From: Ferrovibrionaceae bacterium
Lineage (GTDB): Bacteria; Pseudomonadota; Alphaproteobacteria; Ferrovibrionales; Ferrovibrionaceae
DNA: 64,000 nucleotides
Assembly (NCBI GenBank): GCA_965229335.1
Contig: OZ245874.1
Coordinates: 5,860,736 to 5,924,735, forward strand
Reading direction: 5' to 3'
The notes below the pieces were generated by a model. It saw only the letters and a program-made list of their open reading frames with translations, did no database searches and had not been told where the DNA came from. Shown one piece after another: positions 1-8,521 of this stretch (its first letter is position 1; the number at the start of each line of letters is the position of its first letter). Both the position numbers and the translations under genes were made by a program.

Positions 1-486
1 CAGGAATTCGACGTGGCTCAGGTCGAGCAGGTTGTCGGTGATCAGCTGGTAGTTGGCCGCGATGCGCAGATAGCCGTCGACCGTGGCGTAGCCGTCATGC
101 CGTCCGAACGGCGCCAGGTCGGGCAGTAGTTCCGGCTTGTCGTCCGCCTCGCCCATCCAGATCCAGACGAAGCCGTGACGCTCCAGCAACGGAAAGCTGC
201 GCACCCGGGCCTGTCGCGGGATCGCAGCCCCATGCGGATTGTGGGTGCAGGCCCCGGCGCCATCGAAGCGCAGGCCGTGATAGCCGCATTGCAGGTCGTC
301 GCCGACGAGGCGCCCGCGCGAGAGCGGCGCGAACCGATGGGGACAGCGATCCGCGAGAGCGACGGGCACGCCATCCTCCTTGCGGTAGAGCACGACGGGT
401 TCGCCCAGCAGGACGCGCCGCAGCGGCTTGCGCCCGATTTCCGCTGTCGACCCGGCGACATACCAGGCATTGCGCAGGTACTCCAA
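1..486 (-). CDS. Rieske [2Fe-2S] aromatic-ring oxygenase alpha subunit (VanA-like), N-terminal part; the rest runs off the window
   Basis: Absent from the ORF track because the window edge truncates it. My minus-strand translation from TTG 486 (alternative GTG 510) reads LEYLRNAWYVAGSTAEIGRKPLRRVLLGEPVVLYRKEDGVPVALADRCPHRFAPLSRGRLVGDDLQCGYHGLRFDG. This contains the CxH-x16-CxxH Rieske cluster motif. Confidence 0.8.
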   Translation of the reverse strand, partial: MEYLRNAWYVAGSTAEIGRKPLRRVLLGEPVVLYRKEDGVPVALADRCPHRFAPLSRGRLVGDDLQCGYHGLRFDGAGACTHNPHGAAIPRQARVRSFPLLERHGFVWIWMGEADDKPELLPDLAPFGRHDGYATVDGYLRIAANYQLITDNLLDLSHVEFL

Positions 487-542
487 CGTCCGCCCCTTTC
501 CTGTTTTCACTATTTTATTGACAATATTAGGAAATTAAGAAA

Positions 543-563
543 AATTGAAACGCTGTTGCAATT
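543..563. promoter_or_regulatory. Imperfect palindrome AATTGAAAC-GCT-GTTGCAATT in the AT-rich divergent intergenic region (candidate IclR operator/promoter zone)
   Basis: The two arms match 8 of 9 positions. It lies in a conspicuously AT-rich ~70-bp stretch (500-570) between the divergent Rieske oxygenase and IclR genes. TTGACA (518-523) and TTGCAA-like hexamers are nearby. Confidence 0.4.
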
Positions 564-650
564 ATTATGGGTCTGCAGTGCGGGTGCTGTCAACGACGAT
601 TGGTCATTCAACAATCGGCAACCAGCATCGCTGCGCGCGGGGAGGACGGA

Positions 651-1433
651 ATGGACAAGAAGGATGCGGCCGACCAGTACGTGGCGGCAGCGCTCGATCG
701 GGGCCTGCAGCTGCTGGAAATCCTGAGCGACGCGCGCGCGGCGCTGCCGCTGGCCGAGATCGCGCGGCGCATGGGGCTGTCGCGCGGCGTGGCGTTCCGG
801 CTGGCCCATACGCTGGAGCGGCGCGGCTATCTCGAACGCATCGATGCCGTGCCGAACTACCGGCCGGGCGTCAGGGTCATGGGCCTCGGTTTCTCATACC
901 TGCGTTCGCTCGGCCTGACCGAACTGGCGCGACCCTATATGGAGCGGTTGCGCGATGCGACCGACGCCTCGGTCCATCTCGGCGTGCTGGACGGCCGCGA
1001 CGTCTTCTACGTCGCCCGCATCGCGGCACGCCACGGGGTGGTCAGCTATATCGATATCGGCGACCGTTCACCCGCCCACGCCTCGGCGATCGGCCATGCA
1101 CTGCTAGCCAGCCTGGCGGACGACGAAATCGCGCGGCTCTACCGGGACGCGTCGTTCGAGACGGTGCGCGGCGCCGCACCGCGCAACGCGGTGGAGTTGC
1201 TGCAGAAGCTCGCCGAAGTACGCAGCCAGGGTTACGCCGTCTCGATCGGCGCGCTGCATTCGAACGTGCTGGCGATTGCTGCGGCATTCCGCAATGCCGA
1301 CGGCAAGCTGGCCGGCGCGGTCAGCGTGACCAGCCTCGATACCGAACGGCTGCGCGATGCGCCGCAACTCGGCGCCTCGGTCATCGCCGCCGCCGCCGAA
1401 ATCTCGCGGGCGCTGGGCTACACCGGCGCCTGA
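651..1433 (+). CDS. IclR family transcriptional regulator
   Basis: ATG 651 is preceded by GGAGGA. The N-terminal winged HTH reads LDRGLQLLEILSD...LPLAEIARRMGLSRGVAFRLAHTLERRGYLER, followed by an IclR-type effector domain. It is divergent from an aromatic oxygenase gene. Confidence 0.85.
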   Translation: MDKKDAADQYVAAALDRGLQLLEILSDARAALPLAEIARRMGLSRGVAFRLAHTLERRGYLERIDAVPNYRPGVRVMGLGFSYLRSLGLTELARPYMERLRDATDASVHLGVLDGRDVFYVARIAARHGVVSYIDIGDRSPAHASAIGHALLASLADDEIARLYRDASFETVRGAAPRNAVELLQKLAEVRSQGYAVSIGALHSNVLAIAAAFRNADGKLAGAVSVTSLDTERLRDAPQLGASVIAAAAEISRALGYTGA

Positions 1434-1437
1434 GCCG

Positions 1438-2997
1438 TCACGCCTCTTCCAGCGCGCGACGCAGCCGACGGATCAGCACGGCCCGGCCCCGCTCGTCGGC
1501 GATGCGATCGGCGGCAGTACCGATATCGAGCAGCAGCCGCGACAGGTCGTTGTGGGAATCGAGCCGGCCGAGCTTCTCGGGCTCGAGCCGCCGCTCGGCC
1601 GGAACGATCGCGCGCGCGCCGTCGGGGGTCAGCTCGTAGATATCGTCAAGCTCAGGAAGGAAAATATTCTTGTCTTCGAGGCGCGCCTGCATGGCCGCGC
1701 GCGAGGGTGCCTCGCCATGGACGAGGAACACGCCCCGGCCGATCGGGCGACGGGCCGCGATCCATTCGGCCAGCCCGTCGGCATCGGCATGACCGGAGTA
1801 GAAGTCGAGCGTGCGGATGCGGGCACGCACCTCGATGGCGTCGCCCTGGATCCGCACCCGGGGCGCGCCTTCCTGCAGGATCCGGCCCAGCGTTCCCTGC
1901 GCCTGGTAGCCGATCAGCAGCACCGTGGCCTCCGACCGCCACAGCCAGTCCCTGAGGTGATGGCGGATCCGGCCGGCCTCGCACATGCCGGACGCGGAGA
2001 TAACGATGAAGAAGCCGTGGACACGGCTGATCGCCTTGCTCTGCTCGACCGTCTCGGTGAAGCGCACCTGGGCCGATTCCATCGCGCGGCGCAGCACGTC
2101 GCCGTTGACGATCTCGCGCGCATGCCGGGCAAAGATCGCCGAGGCGCGGGTCGCCAGCGGCGAATCGATGAAGATCGGAATAGCCGGCAGCTCGCCGCCC
2201 TCGACCAGCAAGGTTAGGTCGACCAGCAGTTCCTGGGTCCGTTCGACGGCGAACGAAGGGATGATCAGCGGTCCGCGGGCCGCCATGGCGGCCCGCACCT
2301 CGTCGCGCAGACGATGACGGCGCGCCTCCGGCGTCACCGGTTCGCGCGTGCGATCACCATAGGTGGATTCGCAGACCAGATAATCGATGCCCGCCGGGGC
2401 CAGGGGATCGTCCTGCAGCGTCTTGTGGCCAGGCCCGATATCGCCGGAAAACAGGATCGTCGTCTCGGCGGTGCGCAGTTCGACCGAAGCCGAGCCAAGC
2501 AGATGGCCGGCATTCCAGAAACGCGCCTGGATGCCCTTCGCCAACGGCGTCCAATGCCCGTACCCGGCCGGACGGAAGCGGGTCAGCACGTCGGCGGCAT
2601 CCTCGGCCGTATAGATCGGCGTCACCGGCTTGCGACCGCGCCGGGCATTGCGGCGATTGAGCTGTTCGACTTCCATTTCCTGGATATGGCCAGAATCGGG
2701 CAGCATCACGGAACAGAGGTCGACGGTTGCCGCCGTCGCGTGGATCGGCCCGCCATAGCCGTCGCGCACCAGCCGCGGCAGCAGGCCGGAATGGTCGATA
2801 TGGGCGTGGGTCAGGACGACGGCATCGATACCGTCGGCCGCGACCGGCAACGGCCGGTAGTTCAATTCCTTCTCGGTCTTGGGCCCCTGGAACAGGCCGC
2901 AATCGACCATGACGCGGGCGTCGGCGGTTTCGACCAGAAAGCAGGAGCCGGTGACCGTTCCCGCCGCCCCGAGAAAGCGCAGCCGTGTCGGGGTCAC
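1438..2997 (-). CDS. MBL-fold metallo-hydrolase of the beta-CASP (RNase J/CPSF-like) RNA-metabolising family
   Basis: 519 aa with a GTG start. It has the HAHIDHSG metallo-beta-lactamase motif and a beta-CASP-like middle and C-terminal region (SGHAD). Confidence 0.8.
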   Translation of the reverse strand: MTPTRLRFLGAAGTVTGSCFLVETADARVMVDCGLFQGPKTEKELNYRPLPVAADGIDAVVLTHAHIDHSGLLPRLVRDGYGGPIHATAATVDLCSVMLPDSGHIQEMEVEQLNRRNARRGRKPVTPIYTAEDAADVLTRFRPAGYGHWTPLAKGIQARFWNAGHLLGSASVELRTAETTILFSGDIGPGHKTLQDDPLAPAGIDYLVCESTYGDRTREPVTPEARRHRLRDEVRAAMAARGPLIIPSFAVERTQELLVDLTLLVEGGELPAIPIFIDSPLATRASAIFARHAREIVNGDVLRRAMESAQVRFTETVEQSKAISRVHGFFIVISASGMCEAGRIRHHLRDWLWRSEATVLLIGYQAQGTLGRILQEGAPRVRIQGDAIEVRARIRTLDFYSGHADADGLAEWIAARRPIGRGVFLVHGEAPSRAAMQARLEDKNIFLPELDDIYELTPDGARAIVPAERRLEPEKLGRLDSHNDLSRLLLDIGTAADRIADERGRAVLIRRLRRALEEA

Positions 2998-3179
2998 AGC
3001 GATTGCGGATGACGCAGGAACGCGATCATCCGGACGATCGGCGGCGGCGACGGATCGCGGCGGATATCGCCGCGCATCGCACCCAGCGCGATGCAGCCGA
3101 GCAGGCCGAGAAAGGCGGCGATCGAGTAACCCAGCGCGGTCTGATCAAGGCCCAGTACGTATTGCGTCATCTCGTTCAT
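2994..3179 (-). CDS. Small hypothetical membrane protein (61 aa) translationally coupled to the beta-CASP gene
   Basis: MNEMTQYVLGLDQTALGYSIAAFLGLLGCIALGAM... has one hydrophobic helix and a GGGGG SD-like run upstream. Its TGA overlaps the GTG of the downstream gene (GTGA). No homolog recognised. Confidence 0.4.
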   Translation of the reverse strand: MNEMTQYVLGLDQTALGYSIAAFLGLLGCIALGAMRGDIRRDPSPPPIVRMIAFLRHPQSL

Positions 3180-3377
3180 CGCTGCCCCCGGTGTGGTCAA
3201 GGTGGGTTGCTGTCGAGGACGATCCTCGCCCAATCGGCGGCTTTTCGACATTCAGGGAAATCCCCTATCCGCCGAATGGCGCACCTCCTCGGGGCCTTCG
3301 CCGGCAAGCCGGGATCGTATAGTTATGCGGCCACGCGCCGAACAACGTCGCAATGAAAGATACCAAGGACGGGATCC

Positions 3378-3932
3378 GTGATGACAGGCAAGACGTCGAC
3401 GACCTTACCCTGCCCGCCGCTGTCCGATGCGGCCTGGCCCGAGGCCATCGCCGAGATGAAGGCGGGCTTCGCCGGCGCGTTGAACGTCTATCGCACGATG
3501 GCGCATCACCCGGCGCTGCTGAAGGCCTGGGCGCCGCTGCGCCAGCATGTCGTCAAGGACAGCGCGCTGGGACCGGAACGGTCGGAAGTCGTGATCCTGC
3601 GCGCCGCCCACCGCATGGGCTCCGCCTATGAATGGGCGCATCACGTGTCGCGTGCCCGGGCGCTCGGTTTCGCCGACAGCCGCATTGCCGCACTGCGCGG
3701 CCAGCCCGAAGGCGAGGATGGCCTGATCGCCCGGGCGGTCGACGCCCTGTTCGACCAGCGCCGCCTGCCCCCGGACCTGGAAGCGGCGCTGGCGGCCGCG
3801 ATCGGCCGGCAGGGCGTGTTCGACCTGATCGCCACGGTCGGGTTCTATTCGGTGTTGGGCAATATCCTGATGACCTACGACACGCCGATCGACGACGGCG
3901 TCGCCGCGGAAATGGCAGCCAGGCCGCTATAG
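3378..3932 (+). CDS. Carboxymuconolactone decarboxylase (AhpD-like/CMD) family protein
   Basis: 184 aa. The stretch YRTMAHHPALLKAW...ILRAAHRMGSAYEWAHH is typical of CMD-family proteins. Confidence 0.7.
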   Translation: MMTGKTSTTLPCPPLSDAAWPEAIAEMKAGFAGALNVYRTMAHHPALLKAWAPLRQHVVKDSALGPERSEVVILRAAHRMGSAYEWAHHVSRARALGFADSRIAALRGQPEGEDGLIARAVDALFDQRRLPPDLEAALAAAIGRQGVFDLIATVGFYSVLGNILMTYDTPIDDGVAAEMAARPL

Positions 3933-3936
3933 CCGT

Positions 3937-4293
3937 TCAGTGCGCGGCGTCGATCGCCGCCAGCAGGATCGACTGGTCGACCGGCTTGTCCAGGAGGCAG
4001 CGAATGCCGGCCGCCGCCGCGCGCTGACGCAGCATCTCGTCGGAACGGCCGGTGATCATGATGATCGGCAAGGCGGGCGCGCGGGCGCGCAGCATGCCGG
4101 CCAGTTGCAGGCCGTCGGTGCCGGGCATGTGCATGTCGAGCAGCACGCAATCGTCGCGATCGACCGGCAGGCTCGCCACGAACTCGGCCGCCGAGCCATA
4201 ACCGCGCACGTCGAGGCCGTGGCAGGACAGGAGCGCGTCGAGCGAATCCCTTACCGCCTCATCATCGTCGACGACATGAACGATACGCGCCAT
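3937..4293 (-). CDS. Single-domain response regulator (receiver only; FixT-like position)
   Basis: 118 aa. MARIVHVVDDDEAVRDSL...DCVLLDMHMPGTDG...DKP carries the receiver acidic pocket, phospho-acceptor Asp and conserved Lys, with no output domain. It lies downstream of fixLJ on the same strand. Confidence 0.85.
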   Translation of the reverse strand: MARIVHVVDDDEAVRDSLDALLSCHGLDVRGYGSAAEFVASLPVDRDDCVLLDMHMPGTDGLQLAGMLRARAPALPIIMITGRSDEMLRQRAAAAGIRCLLDKPVDQSILLAAIDAAH

Positions 4294-4407
4294 CCGGAGT
4301 CCCGGCCTTTCGTCCGCACCATGCGGATGGCAAAGTCTAGGGACGTGCCGACCGGCCCGATATACGCAATCCCCCGTATGCGACGCCGGAGCGCAGGGGC
4401 AAACCGG

Positions 4408-5022
4408 TCACTCGCCGGCCGCGATCGCCGCGCGCACCAGGTCGGACAGGCTGCGCGCCTCCATCTTCTCCATCAGATGGGCGCGATGGATCTCGACCGT
4501 GCGCGGGCTGATGTCGAGCTCGAAGGCGATGACCTTGTTGGGCCGGCCCAGCACCAGCAGGTCGAGGACCTGACGCTCGCGCGGGCTCAAAGTCGCAAGA
4601 CGGGCCCGGGCGGCCGCCGCTGCGGCTTGCCGACCCTGGTCCTGGCTGCGCAAGGCGGCGGCACGGGCCACCGACGACAGCAGCTGTTCGTCGTCGAACG
4701 GCTTTTCCAGAAAATCGACCGCGCCGGCCTTCATCGCCTGGACCGCCAGCGGCACGTCGGCATGGCCCGTCACCACGATGACCGGCAGGCCAAGCTGGCG
4801 TTCCGCCAGCGCCGCCTGCAGCGCCAGGCCGTCCATGCCGGGCATGCGCACGTCGGTGACGAGACAACGCCCGGCATCGAGCCGGTCATAGCCGAGCAAA
4901 TCGGCCGCCGAGGCGAAGTCCTCGACCTGCCAGCCCGCCGATTCCAGCAGGGCGCGCAGCGAATCGCGGACATCTTCGTCGTCGTCGACGACAAAGACCA
5001 CGGCCTTGTCGGGGTCGCTCAT
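4408..5022 (-). CDS. fixJ: FixJ-type response regulator (REC + LuxR/FixJ HTH)
   Basis: I place the start at the internal ATG 5022 (MSDPDKAVVFVVDDDEDVRDSL), which overlaps the fixL stop as ATGA. The C-terminal LSPRERQVLDLLVLGRPNKVIAFELDISPRTVEIHR is a LuxR-type HTH. Confidence 0.85.
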   Translation of the reverse strand: MSDPDKAVVFVVDDDEDVRDSLRALLESAGWQVEDFASAADLLGYDRLDAGRCLVTDVRMPGMDGLALQAALAERQLGLPVIVVTGHADVPLAVQAMKAGAVDFLEKPFDDEQLLSSVARAAALRSQDQGRQAAAAAARARLATLSPRERQVLDLLVLGRPNKVIAFELDISPRTVEIHRAHLMEKMEARSLSDLVRAAIAAGE

Positions 5023-6116
5023 CGCGTGCCTGCCGGCAGCCGGAAGCGAAACAGCGCCCCGCCGCCCTCGCCGGTGGTGGCGGAAAGCTCGCCGCCATGA
5101 GCGTCGACGATGGTGCGGCACAACGAAAGGCCGATACCCATGCCGTTCTCCTTGGTGGTGACGAAGGGTTGGAACAGCCGCTCGAGCACCTCGGGCGGCA
5201 GGCCGGGGCCGGTATCGGCGACCAGCACCTCGACGGCGCCGTCGGCCGCAGCCGTCGTCATGACGCGCAATTCGCGCCGCGGCTGTCCCGCCATCGCCTC
5301 GACGGCGTTACGCACCAGGTTGAGGACGACCTGCTGGATCTGGATGCGGTCGATCATGACTTCAGGCAGGCCGGCGGCGTATTCGAACCGCCGGTCGACG
5401 TCGGCACCGGCGGTCAGGCCGAGGGCCACCGCCTCGGACACCGTGGTGTTGATGTCTTCCAGCTTGCGGTGCGTCTCGCCCTTCTCGACGAAATCCCGCA
5501 GGCGGCGGATGATCTGGCCTGCGCGCGTGGTCTGCCCGGCGGCCTTGTCGACCAGCTCGACCGCACGGACCGCCCGCGGATCGTCGAGCCCCTCGATCGT
5601 GCGCCGGGCCGCCTTGACGTAGTTCATGATCGCGGTCAGCGGCTGGTTCAGCTCATGGGCCAGGCCCGACGACATCTGCCCCATCGCGGTCAGGCGCGAG
5701 ACATGCAGCAATTCGGCCTGAAGCTCGCGCAGCCGCCGTTCCGCGGCATGGCGGTCGGAGATGTCGTGGATGATGCCGACGAAGATCGGGCGCGCCTCGA
5801 CCCGCCCCTCGCCGACCGACAGATACATCGGGAAGGTCGACCCGTCCTTGCGCCTGCCGACGACCTCGCGCCCGATGCCGATGATCTTGGCCACGCCGGT
5901 GCGGTTGTACGCCGCGATATAGCCGTCATGGGCATCCCGGTAGGGCGCCGGCATCAGCATCGACACGTTGCGGCCGACGACCTCGTCGGCCGCAAAGCCG
6001 AACAGCCGCTCGCACGCCGGGTTGTAGACCTCGACGATCCCTTGCGCGTTGATAACCACCACGCCGTCGACGGCGGTGGCAATCAAGGCCTCGAACATGC
6101 TGTTCGCCGATACCAT
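5019..6116 (-). CDS. fixL: FixL-type haem-PAS oxygen sensor histidine kinase
   Basis: The PAS segment PYRDAHDGYIAAYNRTGVAKIIGIGREVVGRRKDGSTFPMYLSVGE matches the FixL haem-binding signature, with the proximal His in DAHDGY. It is followed by the HisKA H-box (SGLAHELNQPL) and an HATPase domain. The start is uncertain (ATG 6116, 6098 or 6149). Confidence 0.85.
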   Translation of the reverse strand: MVSANSMFEALIATAVDGVVVINAQGIVEVYNPACERLFGFAADEVVGRNVSMLMPAPYRDAHDGYIAAYNRTGVAKIIGIGREVVGRRKDGSTFPMYLSVGEGRVEARPIFVGIIHDISDRHAAERRLRELQAELLHVSRLTAMGQMSSGLAHELNQPLTAIMNYVKAARRTIEGLDDPRAVRAVELVDKAAGQTTRAGQIIRRLRDFVEKGETHRKLEDINTTVSEAVALGLTAGADVDRRFEYAAGLPEVMIDRIQIQQVVLNLVRNAVEAMAGQPRRELRVMTTAAADGAVEVLVADTGPGLPPEVLERLFQPFVTTKENGMGIGLSLCRTIVDAHGGELSATTGEGGGALFRFRLPAGTR

Positions 6117-6197
6117 CCGATTGTTCTGTCCGCAACAAACCCGAATCACGGCGGGCAGAATAGCGGTTTGGTACCGGCTTGGAGAGGGACTTGTCGA

Positions 6198-6845
6198 CTA
6201 GATCTTGCGAACTAAGTTGACCCCGTCGCCGATCGGCAACAGGCACATGTCGACCCGGGGGTCGGCATGGATCTTGGCATTCAGGGTCCGCAGCGCCACG
6301 GTGTCGGCATCGTTGATCGCGGGGTCGGCGACCGCGCCGCTCCACAGCATGTTGTCCAGGGCGATGACGCCGCCGGGGCGCAACAGGATCAGGCAGTCCT
6401 CGTAATAGCCGTCATAGCCGGTCTTGTCGGCGTCGATGAAGGCGAAGTCGAACTGCCCTGCCCGCCCCTCGGCGATCAGCCTGTGCAAGGTCGCCGAGCC
6501 CGGCCCGATCCGCAGGTCGATCCGGTCGGCCACGCCGGCCTCCTGCCAGTAGCGGCGGCCGATCGCGGTCCATTCCTCGGACACGTCGCAGGCGATCAGC
6601 CGCCCGCCTTCGGGCAGCGCCTGGGCCACGGCCAGCGCGCTGAAGCCGGTGAAGGTGCCGACCTCCAGGCAGTGGCGCGCACCCAGCAGGCGGACGAGGA
6701 AGGCGAGGATCTGGGCGGTTTCAGGCCCGGCCTGCATGCGCCCGCGCGGCAGGCGCATGGTCTCCTCGCGCAGGCGGCGCTGCAGGTCGGTCTCGCGGCC
6801 GCCGACGGCCAGCAGGTACTTCTCGATGACGGGATCGGTGCCCAT
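6198..6845 (-). CDS. Class I SAM-dependent O-methyltransferase (caffeoyl-CoA OMT-like, family 3)
   Basis: 215 aa. It has the LEVGTFTGFSAL SAM-binding motif and FDFAFIDADK, typical of the family. Confidence 0.8.
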   Translation of the reverse strand: MGTDPVIEKYLLAVGGRETDLQRRLREETMRLPRGRMQAGPETAQILAFLVRLLGARHCLEVGTFTGFSALAVAQALPEGGRLIACDVSEEWTAIGRRYWQEAGVADRIDLRIGPGSATLHRLIAEGRAGQFDFAFIDADKTGYDGYYEDCLILLRPGGVIALDNMLWSGAVADPAINDADTVALRTLNAKIHADPRVDMCLLPIGDGVNLVRKI

Positions 6846-6865
6846 GCCCTGTACTCCTGACGGTG

Positions 6866-7450
6866 TCAGCCGCGCTCGATCTCGGCCGCGGCGCGGTCCA
6901 GCGTCTCGACGATGCGGCGGGTGTCCTCGGCGCTCATCGGGCCACGGGTGATGCGGATCTTCAGCGCCATCCGCAGGTTTTCGGCCGCGCGGCGGATTTC
7001 GGGCGCGGGACCGCCGCCGAACTGCGACGCCGCCTCGTTCATCCGGCCGAGGATGGCTTCGACGGTCGGGCCGTTCTGGGCCAGGAAGGCCGAGCCTTCT
7101 TCGGTGACGGTGTAGAGCTTCTTGTTGCCGCTCTCCACCTCGGACCGCAGATAGCCGTATTCCTCCAGCAGAGTCAGCGTCGGGTAGATAACACCGGGGC
7201 TGGGGCTGTAGGCGCCGGCAAACTTCTCCTCGACCGCCTTGATCAGCTCGTAGCCGTGCGCCGGCTTCTCCGCGATCAGATGCAGCAGGATGAAGCGCAG
7301 ATCGCCCTGGTCGAGCATGCGCCGACCGCGCCCGCCGCGCCGGTGATGGTGGTCGTGATCGCCCCAGCCGTGCCGGCCGAATCCAAACAGCTTGTGCATC
7401 AGCCGATGATGCCCGCCGAAGCCGTCGCGGTCATGGAAATGATGAAACAT
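6866..7450 (-). CDS. PadR family transcriptional regulator with a His-rich N-terminal extension
   Basis: The internal ATG 7450 is preceded by GGAGG. The PadR winged HTH reads LRFILLHLIAEKPAHGYELIKAVEEKFAGAYSPSPGVIYPTLTLLEEYGYL. The N-terminal ~45 aa are rich in His/Gly/Arg (MFHHFHDRDGFGGHHRLMHKLFGFGRHGWGDHDHHH). Confidence 0.85.
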   Translation of the reverse strand: MFHHFHDRDGFGGHHRLMHKLFGFGRHGWGDHDHHHRRGGRGRRMLDQGDLRFILLHLIAEKPAHGYELIKAVEEKFAGAYSPSPGVIYPTLTLLEEYGYLRSEVESGNKKLYTVTEEGSAFLAQNGPTVEAILGRMNEAASQFGGGPAPEIRRAAENLRMALKIRITRGPMSAEDTRRIVETLDRAAAEIERG

Positions 7451-7467
7451 CAGATACCTCCGATAGG

Positions 7468-7498
7468 TCAGATATATCGAACAATTCGATATATCTGA
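7468..7498. promoter_or_regulatory. Perfect 14-bp inverted repeat TCAGATATATCGAA-caa-TTCGATATATCTGA (candidate PadR operator)
   Basis: Read directly. It begins 18 bp upstream of the PadR start codon. A third partial copy (AGATATATCT) follows at about 7504-7513. Confidence 0.6.
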
Positions 7499-7511
7499 AA
7501 CATAGATATAT

Positions 7512-8414
7512 CTAACTTTGCCGGTCGTCAAGGCCGGCGGCGAGGTGGTCGAGAAACCGTCGGCCGACCGGCTTCAAGGCGCGCGGCGACGGATAGACGG
7601 CATAGAAGGTCATCGGCGGCGGTGACCAGCCGGGCAGCGCCTCGACCAGCCGCCCGCCGGCGAGGTCTTCGGCGACGATATGACGGCTGAGCCGGGCAAG
7701 GCCGAGACCGGCCAAGGCCGCGTCGCGGGCTACCAGCAGGTTGTCGGTGACGAAGCGGGGGCGGATGGCGATTTCGGCCGCGGCCGCGCCAGGTCCCTGC
7801 AATTGCCAGCGCGGTGCATCGCCTTGCTGCCACCAGCCGACCCCGTCGCGGCCGTTGAGCTGGGCCGGCGTGCGCGGCTGCCCGGCCGCGGCGACCCAGG
7901 CCGGCGTCGCCACCAGCGCGAACGGCGCGACCAGCAGGCGGCGGGCGACCAGCGTCGAATCCGCCAGGGTCGACGGTGTCGGGCGGATCATCAGGTCGCA
8001 GCCGGGCGGCATGATCTCCTCGACCCCCGTCGTCACCGTCACGTTGAGCTGGACCAGCGGATGGGCGGCGGCGAATTCGGCCGCCAGCCGGCCGATGATC
8101 AGTTCGGCCAGCACCACCGGACAGGCGATGCGCAGCGGCCCGCTCGGCTCGGCCAGCGCTTCCTGCGCGATCAGCGCGGCGGCCTCGGCCTCGGCCCGGA
8201 TCGCCGCGCCGTGGCGATAGAGGCGCAGGCCCAGTTCGGTCACCGCAAAACGGCGGGCGTCGCGATGGATCAGGGTGACGCCCAGCCTGGCCTCGAGCTC
8301 GGCGACACGCCGGCTCAGCCGCGACTTCGGAATGCCGGTGCGCCGGCTGGCTGCGGTGAAACCGCCGGCCTCGATCACCTGTGCCAGCAGGCTCAGATCG
8401 TCGCTCATCAACAT
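7512..8414 (-). CDS. LysR family transcriptional regulator
   Basis: The track ORF (497 aa) has an implausible Arg/Pro-rich N-terminal extension. The LysR HTH starts at MLMSDDLSLLAQVIEAGGFTAASRRTGIPKSRLSRRVAELEARLG (ATG 8414; alternatives 8408 and 8435). It is divergent from the esterase gene. Confidence 0.85.
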   Translation of the reverse strand: MLMSDDLSLLAQVIEAGGFTAASRRTGIPKSRLSRRVAELEARLGVTLIHRDARRFAVTELGLRLYRHGAAIRAEAEAAALIAQEALAEPSGPLRIACPVVLAELIIGRLAAEFAAAHPLVQLNVTVTTGVEEIMPPGCDLMIRPTPSTLADSTLVARRLLVAPFALVATPAWVAAAGQPRTPAQLNGRDGVGWWQQGDAPRWQLQGPGAAAAEIAIRPRFVTDNLLVARDAALAGLGLARLSRHIVAEDLAGGRLVEALPGWSPPPMTFYAVYPSPRALKPVGRRFLDHLAAGLDDRQS

Positions 8415-8521
8415 CGGATCGGCCCATCGTTCCATTTTCAGGACGAAACATCGCAGAATCGGAGCGCGCGCGCCATTTTGGCGACGATTAGGCTTGCAAC
8501 CGTCACAACAGGGGGAAAGCG

